Below are positions 21,861-34,714 of a stretch of 64,000 nt of DNA, piece after piece; positions within the stretch are counted from its first letter, which is position 1, and every line of letters starts with the position of its first letter. Both the position numbers and the translations under genes were made by a program. The stretch spans positions 28,956,734 to 29,020,733 of the forward strand of contig NC_068995.1 of NCBI RefSeq assembly GCF_001194135.2, written 5' to 3'. The notes under the pieces were generated by a model. The model did no database searches. It was not told where the DNA came from and saw nothing but the letters and a program-made list of their open reading frames with translations. Source of the stretch: Octopus bimaculoides. Its lineage: Eukaryota.

Positions 21861-23342
21861 ATANNNNNNNNNNNNNNNNNNNNNNNNNNNNNNNNNNNNN
21901 NNNNNNNNNNNNNNNNNNNNNNNNNNNNNNNNNNNNNNNNNNNNNNNNNNNNNNNNNNNNNNNNNNNNNNNNNNNNNNNNNNNNNNNNNNNNNNNNNNNN
22001 NNNNNNNNNNNNNNNNNNNNNNNNNNNNNNNNNNNNNNNNNNNNNNNNNNNNNNNNNNNNNNNNNNNNNNNNNNNNNNNNNNNNNNNNNNNNNNNNNNNN
22101 NNNNNNNNNNNNNNNNNNNNNNNNNNNNNNNNNNNNNNNNNNNNNNNNNNNNNNNNNNNNNNNNNNNNNNNNNNNNNNNNNNNNNNNNNNNNNNNNNNNN
22201 NNNNNNNNNNNNNNNNNNNNNNNNNNNNNNNNNNNNNNNNNNNNNNNNNNNNNNNNNNNNNNNNNNNNNNNNNNNNNNNNNNNNNNNNNNNNNNNNNNNN
22301 NNNNNNNNNNNNNNNNNNNNNNNNNNNNNNNNNNNNNNNNNNNNNNNNNNNNNNNNNNNNNNNNNNNNNNNNNNNNNNNNNNNNNNNNNNNNNNNNNNNN
22401 NNNNNNNNNNNNNNNNNNNNNNNNNNNNNNNNNNNNNNNNNNNNNNNNNNNNNNNNNNNNNNNNNNNNNNNNNNNNNNNNNNNNNNNNNNNNNNNNNNNN
22501 NNNNNNNNNNNNNNNNNNNNNNNNNNNNNNNNNNNNNNNNNNNNCACACACACATTTATACGCAGACACCAATAAAAAACACAGAATCACGCACTCATAC
22601 ACACGCAGACGCACTCATGCATACAAGTGTTGGTATACATGTTGATATCTGTTGTAGCCAGTTGGGTTTAAAAGTTGGTGGGTCGATAGAGGGGTTGGTA
22701 TGGGTTACACTGGTTTAGATGTTAGTAATGGTGGATATTGTTGCTGTTGAGGTTGTCATGTTGTTCTTGGTAATTGTATTGTTGTGGCTGTTTAGTCTCA
22801 AGTCAATCCTCATAGACCTAAGATCAAAGACATTTCATTCAACTTTCAAAATAAACTAGGAAAACCACATTATATACTTTTATTTGAAATGGATTTGCTT
22901 GTCTACTTCATACTATCTATTACTGTTGCTGTTGGTGGTTGTGCTGGTGTTGATGATAGAAATACACGCACACATACATACATACATACATACATACATA
23001 CATGCATGCATATATCTTTATGCATGCATACATACCTACATGTTGCTCAACGTAGTCATCCGATCTACTACAATTAGCAGTTAAGATTCTCTCGACATGG
23101 TATACTCAAGGCTGAAACATTTTTGACCAGATGGTTCTCTCAGACAGCTCAACAAGGACTAAACAGAGACTAAACAGCAATAACGGTAAATTATAGACTA
23201 ATAGTCAATCATGAACAACCATTATTTTCTACATTTTAGTAGTAGTAGTAGTAGTAGTAGTAGTAATTGTTGTTGTTGTTGTCGTTATTGCTGTGGCTTT
23301 GTTAGTCGTCGTCGTCGTTGTTGTGTTAGTCTTGAAAGTTCG

Positions 23343-23399
23343 CGAGTTGGCGTAGATCTCGAGTTGGCGTAGATCTCGAGTTGGCGTAGATCTCGAGTT
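23343..23399. repeat. perfect 17-bp tandem repeat GAGTTGGCGTAGATCTC x3.3
   Basis: direct reading. Confidence 0.95.
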
Positions 23400-23777
23400 T
23401 GAGCTGAAAGTGAAGTCTACGTCTAAGAAGATAAATCCTAATGGATTTAAACGAACTCTGGGTTGTACAATATACTCACATACTCACATACATATGTGTA
23501 CACATACATTCGTGCACATAAAGCACAATACACATATGCGCGCACTTACACACAAACAACGCACACACACACACATACACACACACACACACACACACTC
23601 ACACACACATATATATATATATATATATACGCATATACGTACGCTATACATACACGTCTACGTATGAGTGCTCATGCATAGTGGTATCATCGTGTGTATG
23701 AATGCATGAGAGAGGGAGAGAAAGACGGAAAGGAAAGGGAGATAGCGGAGGTGAGCGAGAGTGAGAGAGTGAGAGTA

Positions 23778-23833
<56 letters not shown>

Positions 23834-25270
23834 AGGTATCAGTTTCTTACAAACTTGCAGCAAAAAGCATCAAAAAGTCAGAAAACCCGAGTTTGAAAAA
23901 TCCCATTTGTTTTTAGTTTTTCCGTCTTAATTCCTCTCTNNNNNNNNNNTCTCTCTCCTTCCCTCCCTACCTCTCCCCCTCTCTCTCTCGCCCTCTCTGC
24001 TCCCTGCTCTCCGCATTTTCTTTTTGTTATTCCTGCTTTTTTGTTTTTACTTCTTTTACTCCCACGAGCCACGTCATGTATCACATAGGACATAAAGAGA
24101 AAGAAAACTGCGATTCATCACGTGGCTGTCAAATAACATAGGGGCAAAGGTTGATATCAAGCAAGACAGTAAAAGTGTTCAATTAAGCGCCACCTTCAGC
24201 TGGCTTCTATCACACATCAGTTAGCCATAACCAGCCAACGTCACAGAAGTGAGGTTAGATATTTGAAGCTCGAAAGTTTTAGTTTATGGCAATGTGTGCA
24301 TCTGAGTGTGTGTATCTGTGTGTGTGTGTGTGTGTGTGTGTGATCAATACTGCGAGCAAGTTTTACACATAATAAAGTGTAGAAGTTGAAGACACATGCC
24401 CTGAGCAATCGAAGGTTTTCAAAATATCAACATACATCTTAAATTACTTGTGCGTTTACAGCGTTTCATTTTATTATTATGATGTACTAAACAAAATCCA
24501 TAAAAACTACAAATAATATGTTCTATAGTACTTTGTAGCTATATGCACATTATTTACTCGTTAATACTATAACAGTTATTTGGTAATAACCAAAATTCTT
24601 GAGATAGTCATTCTTATATATTTAAAAAAATTTCTACTACTTTACGCTCCCGTCTTGTCAGTATCCAAACTACTGATGCCCGATATTTGCACACAAACAC
24701 ACACACACAAACATGTACTCACACAAACGCACACATATTTACATACATACATGTGTATTTTGGTGTATGTGTTATAAGTGTGTCCCTTACCTGTTATCAA
24801 CCTCCCTGAAGGAGAGGAACAATTCACCCCACTAAATCTGCGGCTTCTACCATTTCCACCACATCTACTGCGTCGGCACGTGAGAGTAACATAACTCCTA
24901 CTACTACAACTATCATTGCTGCTAGCACAACTGCCACCGCAAAATACGAAGGAACAAAAGACAACCACTATTGCCGAAACTGATGCTATTTCTATTACCA
25001 GCACTACTATCTTGTACATTTTGTAAAAAAAAAAAAAAATGTACGAGCTTTCAAAACTGCTACCATGAAACATTAATTTAAAGTATTGCAATTTATTTTC
25101 CCTTCATTTATAGCACAACTAAATCGGCTTAAGCATTTGAAACTGGTGGCACATTTTGATAGAAATATATATACGTTCTTCCTTTTATCCGTAATAATAG
25201 ATTTCTCATGGCATTTTCATCCTTTTCTACACACACTGACGTATGCACGCACACTGATCGTACCTGCAAT

Positions 25271-25311
<41 letters not shown>

Positions 25312-26229
25312 GTTTAGATATAGATTCAAGGTTGAATATGGTACTTATGCGTAGGCACCCGAATATCATATCCCAAAAGGATAGGTGATCAAAATCAAAA
25401 AATAAGCAACACGGATTTCAAAGGTGATTGTAGTACGCACGTTTCATGCTACTTCAATTTATTTAAGTAATGCGAGCATTACCTTAAATGCAATNNNNNN
25501 NNNNNNNNNNNNNNNNNNNNNNNNNNNNNNNNNNNNNNNNNNNNNNNNNNNNNNNNNNNNNNNNNNNNNNNNNNNNNNNNNNNNNNNNNNNNNNNNNNNN
25601 NNNNNNNNNNNNNNNNNNNNNNNNNNNNNNNNNNNNNNNNNNNNNNNNNNNNNNNNNNNNNNNNNNNNNNNNNNNNNNNNNNNNNNNNNNNNNNNNNNNN
25701 NNNNNNNNNNNNNNNNNNNNNNNNNNNNNNNNNNNNNNNNNNNNNNNNNNNNNNNNNNNNNNNNNNNNNNNNNNNNNNNNNNNNNNNNNNNNNNNNNNNN
25801 NNNNNNNNNNNNNNNNNNNNNNNNNNNNNNNNNNNNNNNNNNNNNNNNNNNNNNNNNNNNNNNNNNNNNNNNNNNNNNNNNNNNNNNNNNNNNNNNNNNN
25901 NNNNNNNNNNNNNNNNNNNNNNNNNNNNNNNNNNNNNNNNNNNNNNNNNNNNNNNNNNNNNNNNNNNNNNNNNNNNNNNNNNNNNNNNNNNNNNNNNNNN
26001 NNNNNNNNNNNNNNNNNNNNNNNNNNNNNNNNNNNNNNNNNNNNNNNNNNNNNNNNNNNNNNNNNNNNNNNNNNNNNNNNNNNNNNNNNNNNNNNNNNNN
26101 NNNNNNNNNNNNNNNNNNNNNNNNNNNNNNNNNNNNNNNNNNNNNNNNNNNNNNTATATATATATATATATATATGCAAATAATTAGAAAATGAAGAAAA
26201 ACATAGATTAACCAGCGCATCGATAGGAC

Positions 26230-27400
26230 CACATTTTAAAGCATATTTCTTGATACAGTGCAAGACATTACAATTCTAACAGCTGTTTCTGATCAAAATA
26301 CCAGAATGCAGTCTATACATAAATACGAGAATAAAATTCTTCATCTTCATAAGGCATTTGAATTAAGGCAACAGATTTTCATCAGAGTGAAAAGCAAGAG
26401 CATACAATATAAACAAAAGGAAGAAGGAAAAGGGGAGAAAACATGGCTTAGACAAAAAGTCTAGAAGCCCAATATCTTAAGTACACATAGTTATTTACCT
26501 TCAGGGCTCAAAGAGCGTAGATGTGAGAGTGAGCTATTAAAAGACTAGGGAAAACTACAAATTATTAATGGGAGTGTGCAATTAAGAGGTGGGGGTCAGG
26601 GCATTAAAAAAAAGAAGTTATCAAGAAGCTTTATGTAAAGAAAATACTAACATAAATATCAAAGGTCAAACCGATGTTAACGGAGAAAACTGAAGTAAAG
26701 GTAAACAAATTAACTAAAGAAAAAAATTCACAGGAAATTAATACCAAGAATATGGTCCTCAATGGAGTTAGTCTAAGTCCAACGGTCTCTACATTGGTCA
26801 GTAACAATTTAAAATAGGTCACCTGTTGAAACCGTTACAAAGGGTTTGTTTATAAATAAACAAGAAAAAGAAAGGAAGGTAAAAGGTAAGGGAGATAAAA
26901 CAATGAGAAGAATGTATGTCCTTCCGCATCTCAAACGGTATAACATGCGAGAGGGAAACATAATGAGCCCAACAGGTTAGTGGTTAAGGGGAGGCAACAG
27001 GTCTTGGTAGGCCAGCAGTTCAATGAAAACAAGGAAAAAAAGAGACAAAAAGGGGGGAAAAGATAAAAATCGCCCACATGGTCGCTTAGTTTGCAAGAAA
27101 TAACAACTACATTTCCCTCAAACCAGAGCCTAAATAAAGTAATATAACGGGGTATGTTGATATAGTCTTTCATATATTATGTCAGAAAACAAGTCAGAAT
27201 AGTCGTAGTTGGAAAGATTTGGTCATAGGTCAAATCAATCCAAAGAGTTGAGCTGGAACTAAACTTTAATAAATATTTGTTTTAATTCTATGCAAATTGT
27301 ATTTGAATTTACTCACTCATATAAAATGGAATGGCAATATCGAAGTATGCGTTTTAGGACTGAACTTCAAATGTATATTAACACAGAATGCAAATATAAG
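26230..27400 (-). mobile_element. probable PLE 3' end and pLTR, cut by a SINE
   Basis: purine-rich plus strand like 6400-7100; weak CILC..SE..NKYLLKF relic near 27250-27390; co-oriented HHR-like motif at 26276-26387. Confidence 0.4.
26276..26387 (-). ncRNA. hammerhead-like motif with about 80-nt stem II insert, degenerate stems
   Basis: minus strand CT-CTGATGA-AAATC..GATCA-GAAAC-AGCT-GTT-AG; same ACAGCTGT palindrome as 6421; base of stem II mismatched. Confidence 0.45.
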
Positions 27401-27411
27401 AAAATGCTGAC

Positions 27412-27817
27412 GAGTGGCTGTGTGGTAAGTAGCTTGCTTACCAATCACATGGTTCCAGGTTCAGTCCCACTGCGTGGCACCTTGAGCAAGTGTCTTCTAC
27501 TATAGCCTCGGGCCGACCAAAGCCTTGAGAGTGGATTTGGTAGACGGAAACTGAAAGAAGCCCGTCGTATATATGTGTATATATATATATGTATGTGTGT
27601 TATATGTTGTGTATCGGTGTTTGTCCCCCCCCCCAACATCGCTTGACAACCGATGCTGGTGTGTTTAGGCCCCCGTAACTTAGCTGTTCGGCAAAACAGA
27701 CCGATAGAATAAGTACTAGACTTACAAAGAATAAGTCCTGGGGTCGATTTGATTCGACTAAAGGCGGTGTTCCAGCATGGCCGCAGTCAAATGACTGAAA
27801 CAAGTAAAAGAAAAAAG
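27412..27817 (+). mobile_element. SINE family A, full length (tRNA-derived head, internal TA/GT microsatellite, A-rich tail)
   Basis: A-box-like TGGCTGTGTGG, B-box-like GGTTCAGTCCC; collinear with the minus-strand copy at 63554-63964. Confidence 0.93.
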
Positions 27818-27972
27818 AACTAGAAATACAGACACAGACAGCAGGAAAAGTGATGAAGATGCTAATGTGTAAATGCAATAAAAATAAAATAATTGACAAA
27901 TCACAGGTTATTGAAGCCAGAGAAATTAATGAAACCTATGAAAATGTTGGTTTCAAATTTTGAAAGGCCAAA

Positions 27973-28152
27973 GGCGGCGAGCTGGCAGAATCGTTAGCAC
28001 GCCGGGTGAAATGCTTAGCGGTATTTCGTCTGCTGCTACGTTCTGAGTTCAAATTCTGCCGAAGTCGACTTTGCCTTTCATTGTTTCGGGTTCGATAAAT
28101 TAAGTACCAGTTAAGTACTTGAGTCGTTGTAATCGACTTGCTCCTTCCCCCA
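27973..28152 (+). mobile_element. SINE family B with 11-bp TSD TTGAAAGGCCA
   Basis: GGCGGCGAGCTGGCAGAATCGTTAGCACGCCGGG..GAGTTCAAATTC; TSD at 27960-27970 and 28164-28174. Confidence 0.9.
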
Positions 28153-28189
28153 AAATATTAAAATTGAAAGGCCAGCAATATCGGGTAAG

Positions 28190-28343
28190 GGAAGTAAACT
28201 AATTACATCGATTCCAGTGTTCAACTAGTATTTATATCATCGAGCCCAAAGGCAAAGTCAACCTCGGCGCCTTTGAACTCAGATGAAATGCCGCTAAGCA
28301 TTTTCCCCAGCATGTTAATAGTTCTGCCAGCTCACCACCTTAA
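28190..28343 (-). mobile_element. SINE family B, inverted relative to its neighbour
   Basis: reverse complement of the family B head and body with an internal deletion. Confidence 0.85.
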
Positions 28344-29059
28344 CCTGTTAAAATATTAAAAGCCAAAATGAAAGTGGAGTGTAATTTCTAGAAGACTTAA
28401 TTATGTACAGAGTATATTTTCTTTAAATGTTTTATAACTACATTTCAAAGCGTTGTTTTCATACACACACGCGCGCTAATTATGTAAAATATTTACGCAT
28501 ACAAACTTACAATTATTATATATACCCATGCGAAACCAGTCAACAATAGTCGCACAGACATACACATGCATAAACGCATAAGTAGATAGAGCAACACCGA
28601 TGTATGTGGGCTGTGTGATACAAGCATACACTGACAATCTTCACATCTCTACACTGACAAATGGAAAAAAACGGGAAAGAGTACATATAATGTCACAGCT
28701 TCTCTGGTCAAAGAGAAAAAAAAGGCCAGTAACTGTCTGACCTAGAGAATTATAAACATTGCGGCGAGACAAAGCACTTGGAGAAGGTCACCTATCGGTT
28801 AGTTTGCTAACTCGGATTGGTTTTGCTAATCTCCTTAGCCTATAGTGGCCTAGCAGGGCTTACGGAAAGCAAAAGTGTAAGAATAAGATGGCGACAGCCA
28901 GATGGAGCGATGAAAGAATTTTAATCCCTTATCGATGGTGTTGACCACGTCCAATGTTGGTTGAATGCTCGGCAAACATACTGTCTCATGGCGTTTGTTT
29001 ACTCGATACTGCTTTCAGCTATGTTACCACTAAATCTCTTACACTACGCACACACAAAC

Positions 29060-29152
<93 letters not shown>

Positions 29153-29276
29153 CATACACACACGTGCATACATACATTCCCACATGCGTGTGTATGTGTC
29201 TATCTGTACATGTACATATATATGTTTGTATATGTGTGTGTGTGTATTTGTTGTGTATATTTGTGTGTGTGTGTAG

Positions 29277-29314
<38 letters not shown>

Positions 29315-29449
29315 ATGTCTCGTAGTTTTGATAAATTTTGTATGTTTCGAATCATTATGATCAACTGTAACACTTTATAGTGATTCTCAAGCATGACCAA
29401 GTGACGGAAGCCACTGAAAGAATAAAAGATTATACATACATACGAACAA

Positions 29450-29523
<74 letters not shown>

Positions 29524-30542
29524 NNNNNNNNNNNNNNNNNNNNNNNNNNNNNNNNNNNNNNNNNNNNNNNNNNNNNNNNNNNNNNNNNNNNNNNNNNNNN
29601 NNNNNNNNNNNNNNNNNNNNNNNNNNNNNNNNNNNNNNNNNNNNNNNNNNNNNNNNNNNNNNNNNNNNNNNNNNNNNNNNNNNNNNNNNNNNNNNNNNNN
29701 NNNNNNNNNNNNNNNNNNNNNNNNNNNNNNNNNNNNNNNNNNNNNNNNNNNNNNNNNNNNNNNNNNNNNNNNNNNNNNNNNNNNNNNNNNNNNNNNNNNN
29801 NNNNNNNNNNNNNNNNNNNNNNNNNNNNNNNNNNNNNNNNNNNNNNNNNNNNNNNNNNNNNNNNNNNNNNNNNNNNNNNNNNNNNNNNNNNNNNNNNNNN
29901 NNNNNNNNNNNNNNNNNNNNNNNNNNNNNNNNNNNNNNNNNNNNNNNNNNNNNNNNNNNNNNNNNNNNNNNNNNNNNNNNNNNNNNNNNNNNNNNNNNNN
30001 NNNNNNNNNNNNNNNNNNNNNNNNNNNNNNNNNNNNNNNNNNNNNNNNNNNNNNNNNNNNNNNNNNNNNNNNNNNNNNNNNNNNNNNNNNNNNNNNNNNN
30101 NNNNNNNNNNNNNNNNNNNNNNNNNNNNNNNNNNNNNNNNNNNNNNNNNNNNNNNNNNNNNNNNNNNNNNNNNNNNNNNNNNNNNNNNNNNNNNNNNNNN
30201 NNNNNNNNNNNNNNNNNNNNNNNNNNNNNNNNNNNNNNNNNNNNNNNNNNNNNNNNNNNNNNNNNNNNNNNNNNNNNNNNNNNNNNNNNNNNNNNNNNNN
30301 NNNNNNNNNNNNNNNNNNNNNNNNNNNNNNNNNNNNNNNNNNNNNNNNNNNNNNNNNNNNNNNNNNNNNNNNNNNNNNNNNNNNNNNNNNNNNNNNNNNN
30401 NNNNNNNNNNNNNNNNNNNNNNNNNNNNNNNNNNNNNNNNNNNNNNNNNNNNNNATATACAAAGACACGCACACATAGATAATTGTATACACATGTGTGT
30501 ACATGTGTATACAATTATCTATGTGTGCGTGTCTTTGTGTCT

Positions 30543-30745
30543 GTGTTTGTTCCTCACCAATGCTTGACAACTGGTGTTTGTGTGCTTACGTCCCCGTGAC
30601 TTAGCGTTTCGGAAAAACGGAGTGATGAAATAAGTACTAGGTTTGCAAAAAAAGTCCTGGGGTCGATTTGTTTGACTAAAATTTTCATGGCGGTGTCCCA
30701 GCATGACCACAGTCAAATGACTGACACAAGTAAAAGAAAAAAAAG
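30543..30745 (+). mobile_element. SINE family A, 3' half
   Basis: TGCTTGACAAC..GTCCCCGTGACTTAGC..GTCCTGGGGTCGATTTG..CAGTCAAATGACTGA. Confidence 0.85.
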
Positions 30746-31403
30746 ATATAAATGAGAGTGTATGTGCTTATGTTTGTGTGTTCAGTCCCCAAAGCCTTTT
30801 AAACCGTGAGTCCTCGAGAAAAATTAATCTGGTTTCTGAAATCTGCGTCCAAAGAGAAGGCTGTCGTAAATAATAATAAAAAGAAAATATGATTTGCTAC
30901 AAGTAATAACTCAATTTTTAGATCAACGAATCTCCTACTCTGCATCTATCACCATCAGGTTTTCCTCTCTTTTGCGCATTCCCGTCTCTATATACATTTA
31001 CCACATTCTTTATTACTCTCTCTCTCTCTCTCTATCTCCCTATATATGTATTATCTTTCACACATGCTGCCCTCCCCCCTCTCTCTCTTCATGAGACATG
31101 CAATTGCTTTCAGTTTGGTTAAAACCTCGTATTCTAATTTTACTTTCATTTTATGAATTACAGCTATTACAAACATAACCTGATTTCTGATTGGATACAA
31201 ATGATCAAACTTTAAAGCTCTGTGACATTTTTCTAAAAGTTTTCTGGAATAAATGAATCACAAAATCGGATTCAGCATGAAATGTACATCAATATATCAA
31301 ATTTGAAAACTTGTTTTTAAAATTTCAAAATCTGTAGCAACAGAAAATATCTCTCTCTATTTGTCTATCGCTTCTATTTTCTTTTTTCACATCATAAACT
31401 TCT

Positions 31404-31434
<31 letters not shown>

Positions 31435-33577
31435 NNNNNNNNNNNNNNNNNNNNNNNNNNNNNNNNNNNNNNNNNNNNNNNNNNNNNNNNNNNNNNNNNN
31501 NNNNNNNNNNNNNNNNNNNNNNNNNNNNNNNNNNNNNNNNNNNNNNNNNNNNNNNNNNNNNNNNNNNNNNNNNNNNNNNNNNNNNNNNNNNNNNNNNNNN
31601 NNNNNNNNNNNNNNNNNNNNNNNNNNNNNNNNNNNNNNNNNNNNNNNNNNNNNNNNNNNNNNNNNNNNNNNNNNNNNNNNNNNNNNNNNNNNNNNNNNNN
31701 NNNNNNNNNNNNNNNNNNNNNNNNNNNNNNNNNNNNNNNNNNNNNNNNNNNNNNNNNNNNNNNNNNNNNNNNNNNNNNNNNNNNNNNNNNNNNNNNNNNN
31801 NNNNNNNNNNNNNNNNNNNNNNNNNNNNNNNNNNNNNNNNNNNNNNNNNNNNNNNNNNNNNNNNNNNNNNNNNNNNNNNNNNNNNNNNNNNNNNNNNNNN
31901 NNNNNNNNNNNNNNNNNNNNNNNNNNNNNNNNNNNNNNNNNNNNNNNNNNNNNNNNNNNNNNNNNNNNNNNNNNNNNNNNNNNNNNNNNNNNNNNNNNNN
32001 NNNNNNNNNNNNNNNNNNNNNNNNNNNNNNNNNNNNNNNNNNNNNNNNNNNNNNNNNNNNNNNNNNNNNNNNNNNNNNNNNNNNNNNNNNNNNNNNNNNN
32101 NNNNNNNNNNNNNNNNNNNNNNNNNNNNNNNNNNNNNNNNNNNNNNNNNNNNNNNNNNNNNNNNNNNNNNNNNNNNNNNNNNNNNNNNNNNNNNNNNNNN
32201 NNNNNNNNNNNNNNNNNNNNNNNNNNNNNNNNNNNNNNNNNNNNNNNNNNNNNNNNNNNNNNNNNNNNNNNNNNGAAAAAAATATTTAAAATTTCACTAT
32301 TGTTTTTAAATTATGTTTCATTTTTTTGTTTGCAAACAAAGGAAGTGGAGATTGTAAGTGCAAAAAAAAAAAAAAAATTAAAATTGGCCCAAATCGGTAT
32401 TGAGCGGGGAAGGGAGTTCGAAAAAAATCATAAATTTTCAAAACCGAGTTTGTTTTTATCGAAAAGGCCTCTCCCATTGCGCTGTGCAAAAGAAAAAAAA
32501 AATGGACATTTTTTTTTTTTCATGAAAAGCTTCCTACCATCATTTGCAAGGGTGTGATGATAAAACGATGTTTGAAAAATCCCAGTCAAAACAGAGAAAA
32601 TCAAATTTATGTGGGCGTGCTATTCCGAAAGTCCGCATGGCATGCGATTGTGAGAATTGCCCGGCAACGATGGGATACTCAGCTACTCAGTGTGTTTATA
32701 ACTACACTCACACACACACACACACATACACACATACACACACACACACATATGCATACATATACGTATATATGTGTGTTATGTATATTTAACCACATGT
32801 ATGTCTATGTGTTCATACAGAAATACATATTTAAACACTATACCCTTCTACATGTACACACGTTTACCTACACTTTATGTACATTTGTAAACACATACAA
32901 ACATATAAATTTATACATATATATATATATCTAGGTGTGTGTATATTTAAAGGTGAGTATGTGTGTGTATTTACAAACACTGTAACACACTCACAGACAA
33001 ACACACACTCACACACTTACATTCTCAGCTGTACACAAATATCTCATCGATAATCACACATTACTGACTGTCAGGTGCTTGAAATAAAGGCCCTCGCAAA
33101 CAATAGATTTGATATCAAGTTAAACAGAGTCAGTTGGTCGAATAAATCGGCAGGTGGTTGGGGATGTATGTAGTTAGAGGTATGAAAGGCGTATGTCGTC
33201 AGTCTTATGCTTGCCTTGTATTAAATAAAATACAAGTTTCAATGCAAATTTACTGTGTAGTCAACTGCTGTTCAAACTTTATATCCCAGAAGTTTGATAC
33301 AATTATCTCTAAGTATTCAGAGCAACGCTGGTCACAGTGGTCAGAACAGCAATAACAGTTAATTCGACGAACGCACTAATCTTGTTTTCCTTTCGTTTTC
33401 TTTTTAATCCCCGCCTCCTGAACTTTTGTATCATCGAAACCTAACATTGTTCTCTCTTGCTTTATTTTTATCCCTTCGAAATTGATTAATATTAAGAACC
33501 AGTGATGTATTCCTGGACAATTCGACCACTCTTCCGGTAGCTGGGGCTTCAACCAGAAATCATCGCCGGTGTCTCCG

Positions 33578-33578
<1 letters not shown>

Positions 33579-33635
<57 letters not shown>

Positions 33636-33650
33636 TTACTACTACTACTA
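33579..33650. repeat. (ACT)n microsatellite
   Basis: direct reading. Confidence 0.97.
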
Positions 33651-33744
33651 CAATTCTTGTTGCTGTTGTCTCCAATATAATATGTTGATTTTTACATAAA
33701 TGCAACAAATCATTGTCTACTGTAACCCATATACCAACAAACAT

Positions 33745-34690
33745 AGGACAGTTGTCTCATCCGTTGGTCCAGTGATTGATGATAACAGCATTCTCTGCCA
33801 TGATGCTAAAGAAATGGCAGAAGTACTGTTTTGTCTTTAGTAATCCCACCGAGATTGACTCAAGAGATCTGAACGAGCTCAATCCTCAACATAATTTCTT
33901 ACTATTTCAGACATCATGGCAGCAATCATTGAAATCAAGTATTATTCTGCAGAAGGCCCTGATAGACTCCCCGAGTGTATCTTGAAGGAGTGCAGACGCC
34001 ATCTTGCATCCCCTCTAACTAACGTCTGGAGAAATTCTTTAGTCTCAGGCTATATAACGAAACAGTTCTTAACCCAATCTGTCATCCCAGTCTTCAAAAA
34101 GGGAAACATATCTCTTGCAGTTAACAATCGCCTAATTTTATTCACCTCCCATCCAGTCAAAGTTTTTGAAAGAGTGGTGGGATTACGGATAATTGGCTTC
34201 CCAGAGAGTTAGCTTCTTCTAAATTCTAACAATATGGCTTTCGCTGCGGCAGAGACTGCCTAGCACAGCATTTACATCACATCGATGAGCTTTGGGATCT
34301 GAGTCGAACTCTGATGTCATACTTCTTGACCTCAGAAAAGCCTTCGACAGAGTCTACCACTACATCCTCACGTTAAAATTGTCCAATATTGGAACCCGTA
34401 GTAAACTGCCTCACTGGATTAATTATTTCCAAGTGAACAAAGCACACGTTGCGATCGGTGAAATTCACTAAAGCTCAGCAAGTTGCCAATGGTGTTCCTC
34501 AGGTGACTATTTGGGGCCCGCTTCTCTATATAGTTTACATAAACTTTATCTCAACCATCAACGAGCACAGAAGAATAAAAATATTCGTAAATGACTCTAA
34601 GTTTCAGAAACAATTATCAGGGGAGAAGAAAATCGAACTGAATTCCAATTTGATCTACATGCTGTAACTCAATGGGCGGACAATCTTAAA
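33745..34690 (+). mobile_element. CR1/L2-like LINE reverse transcriptase fragment, decayed
   Basis: AEGPDRLPECILKEC..LASPL..VIPVFKKG..KVFER; D.ILLDL.KAFDRV.H; NGVPQVTIWGPLL; IKIFVNDSK. Confidence 0.88.
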
Positions 34691-34714
34691 CATTGATCTT
34701 GTTATCATCGGGGC

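Noticed and set aside
23343-23399. CRISPR-like short repeat
   Set aside because: No spacers, no cas genes, eukaryotic context; it is a simple tandem repeat.
27412-27480. tRNA gene at SINE heads (also 14644, 40501, 63900)
   Set aside because: A/B boxes are present but there is no full cloverleaf, and they continue into multi-copy SINE bodies.
28885-28950. YY1-like AAGATGGCGAC with ORF MATARWSDERILIPYRWC*
   Set aside because: Only 18 codons, no good donor site; a single motif is insufficient evidence.
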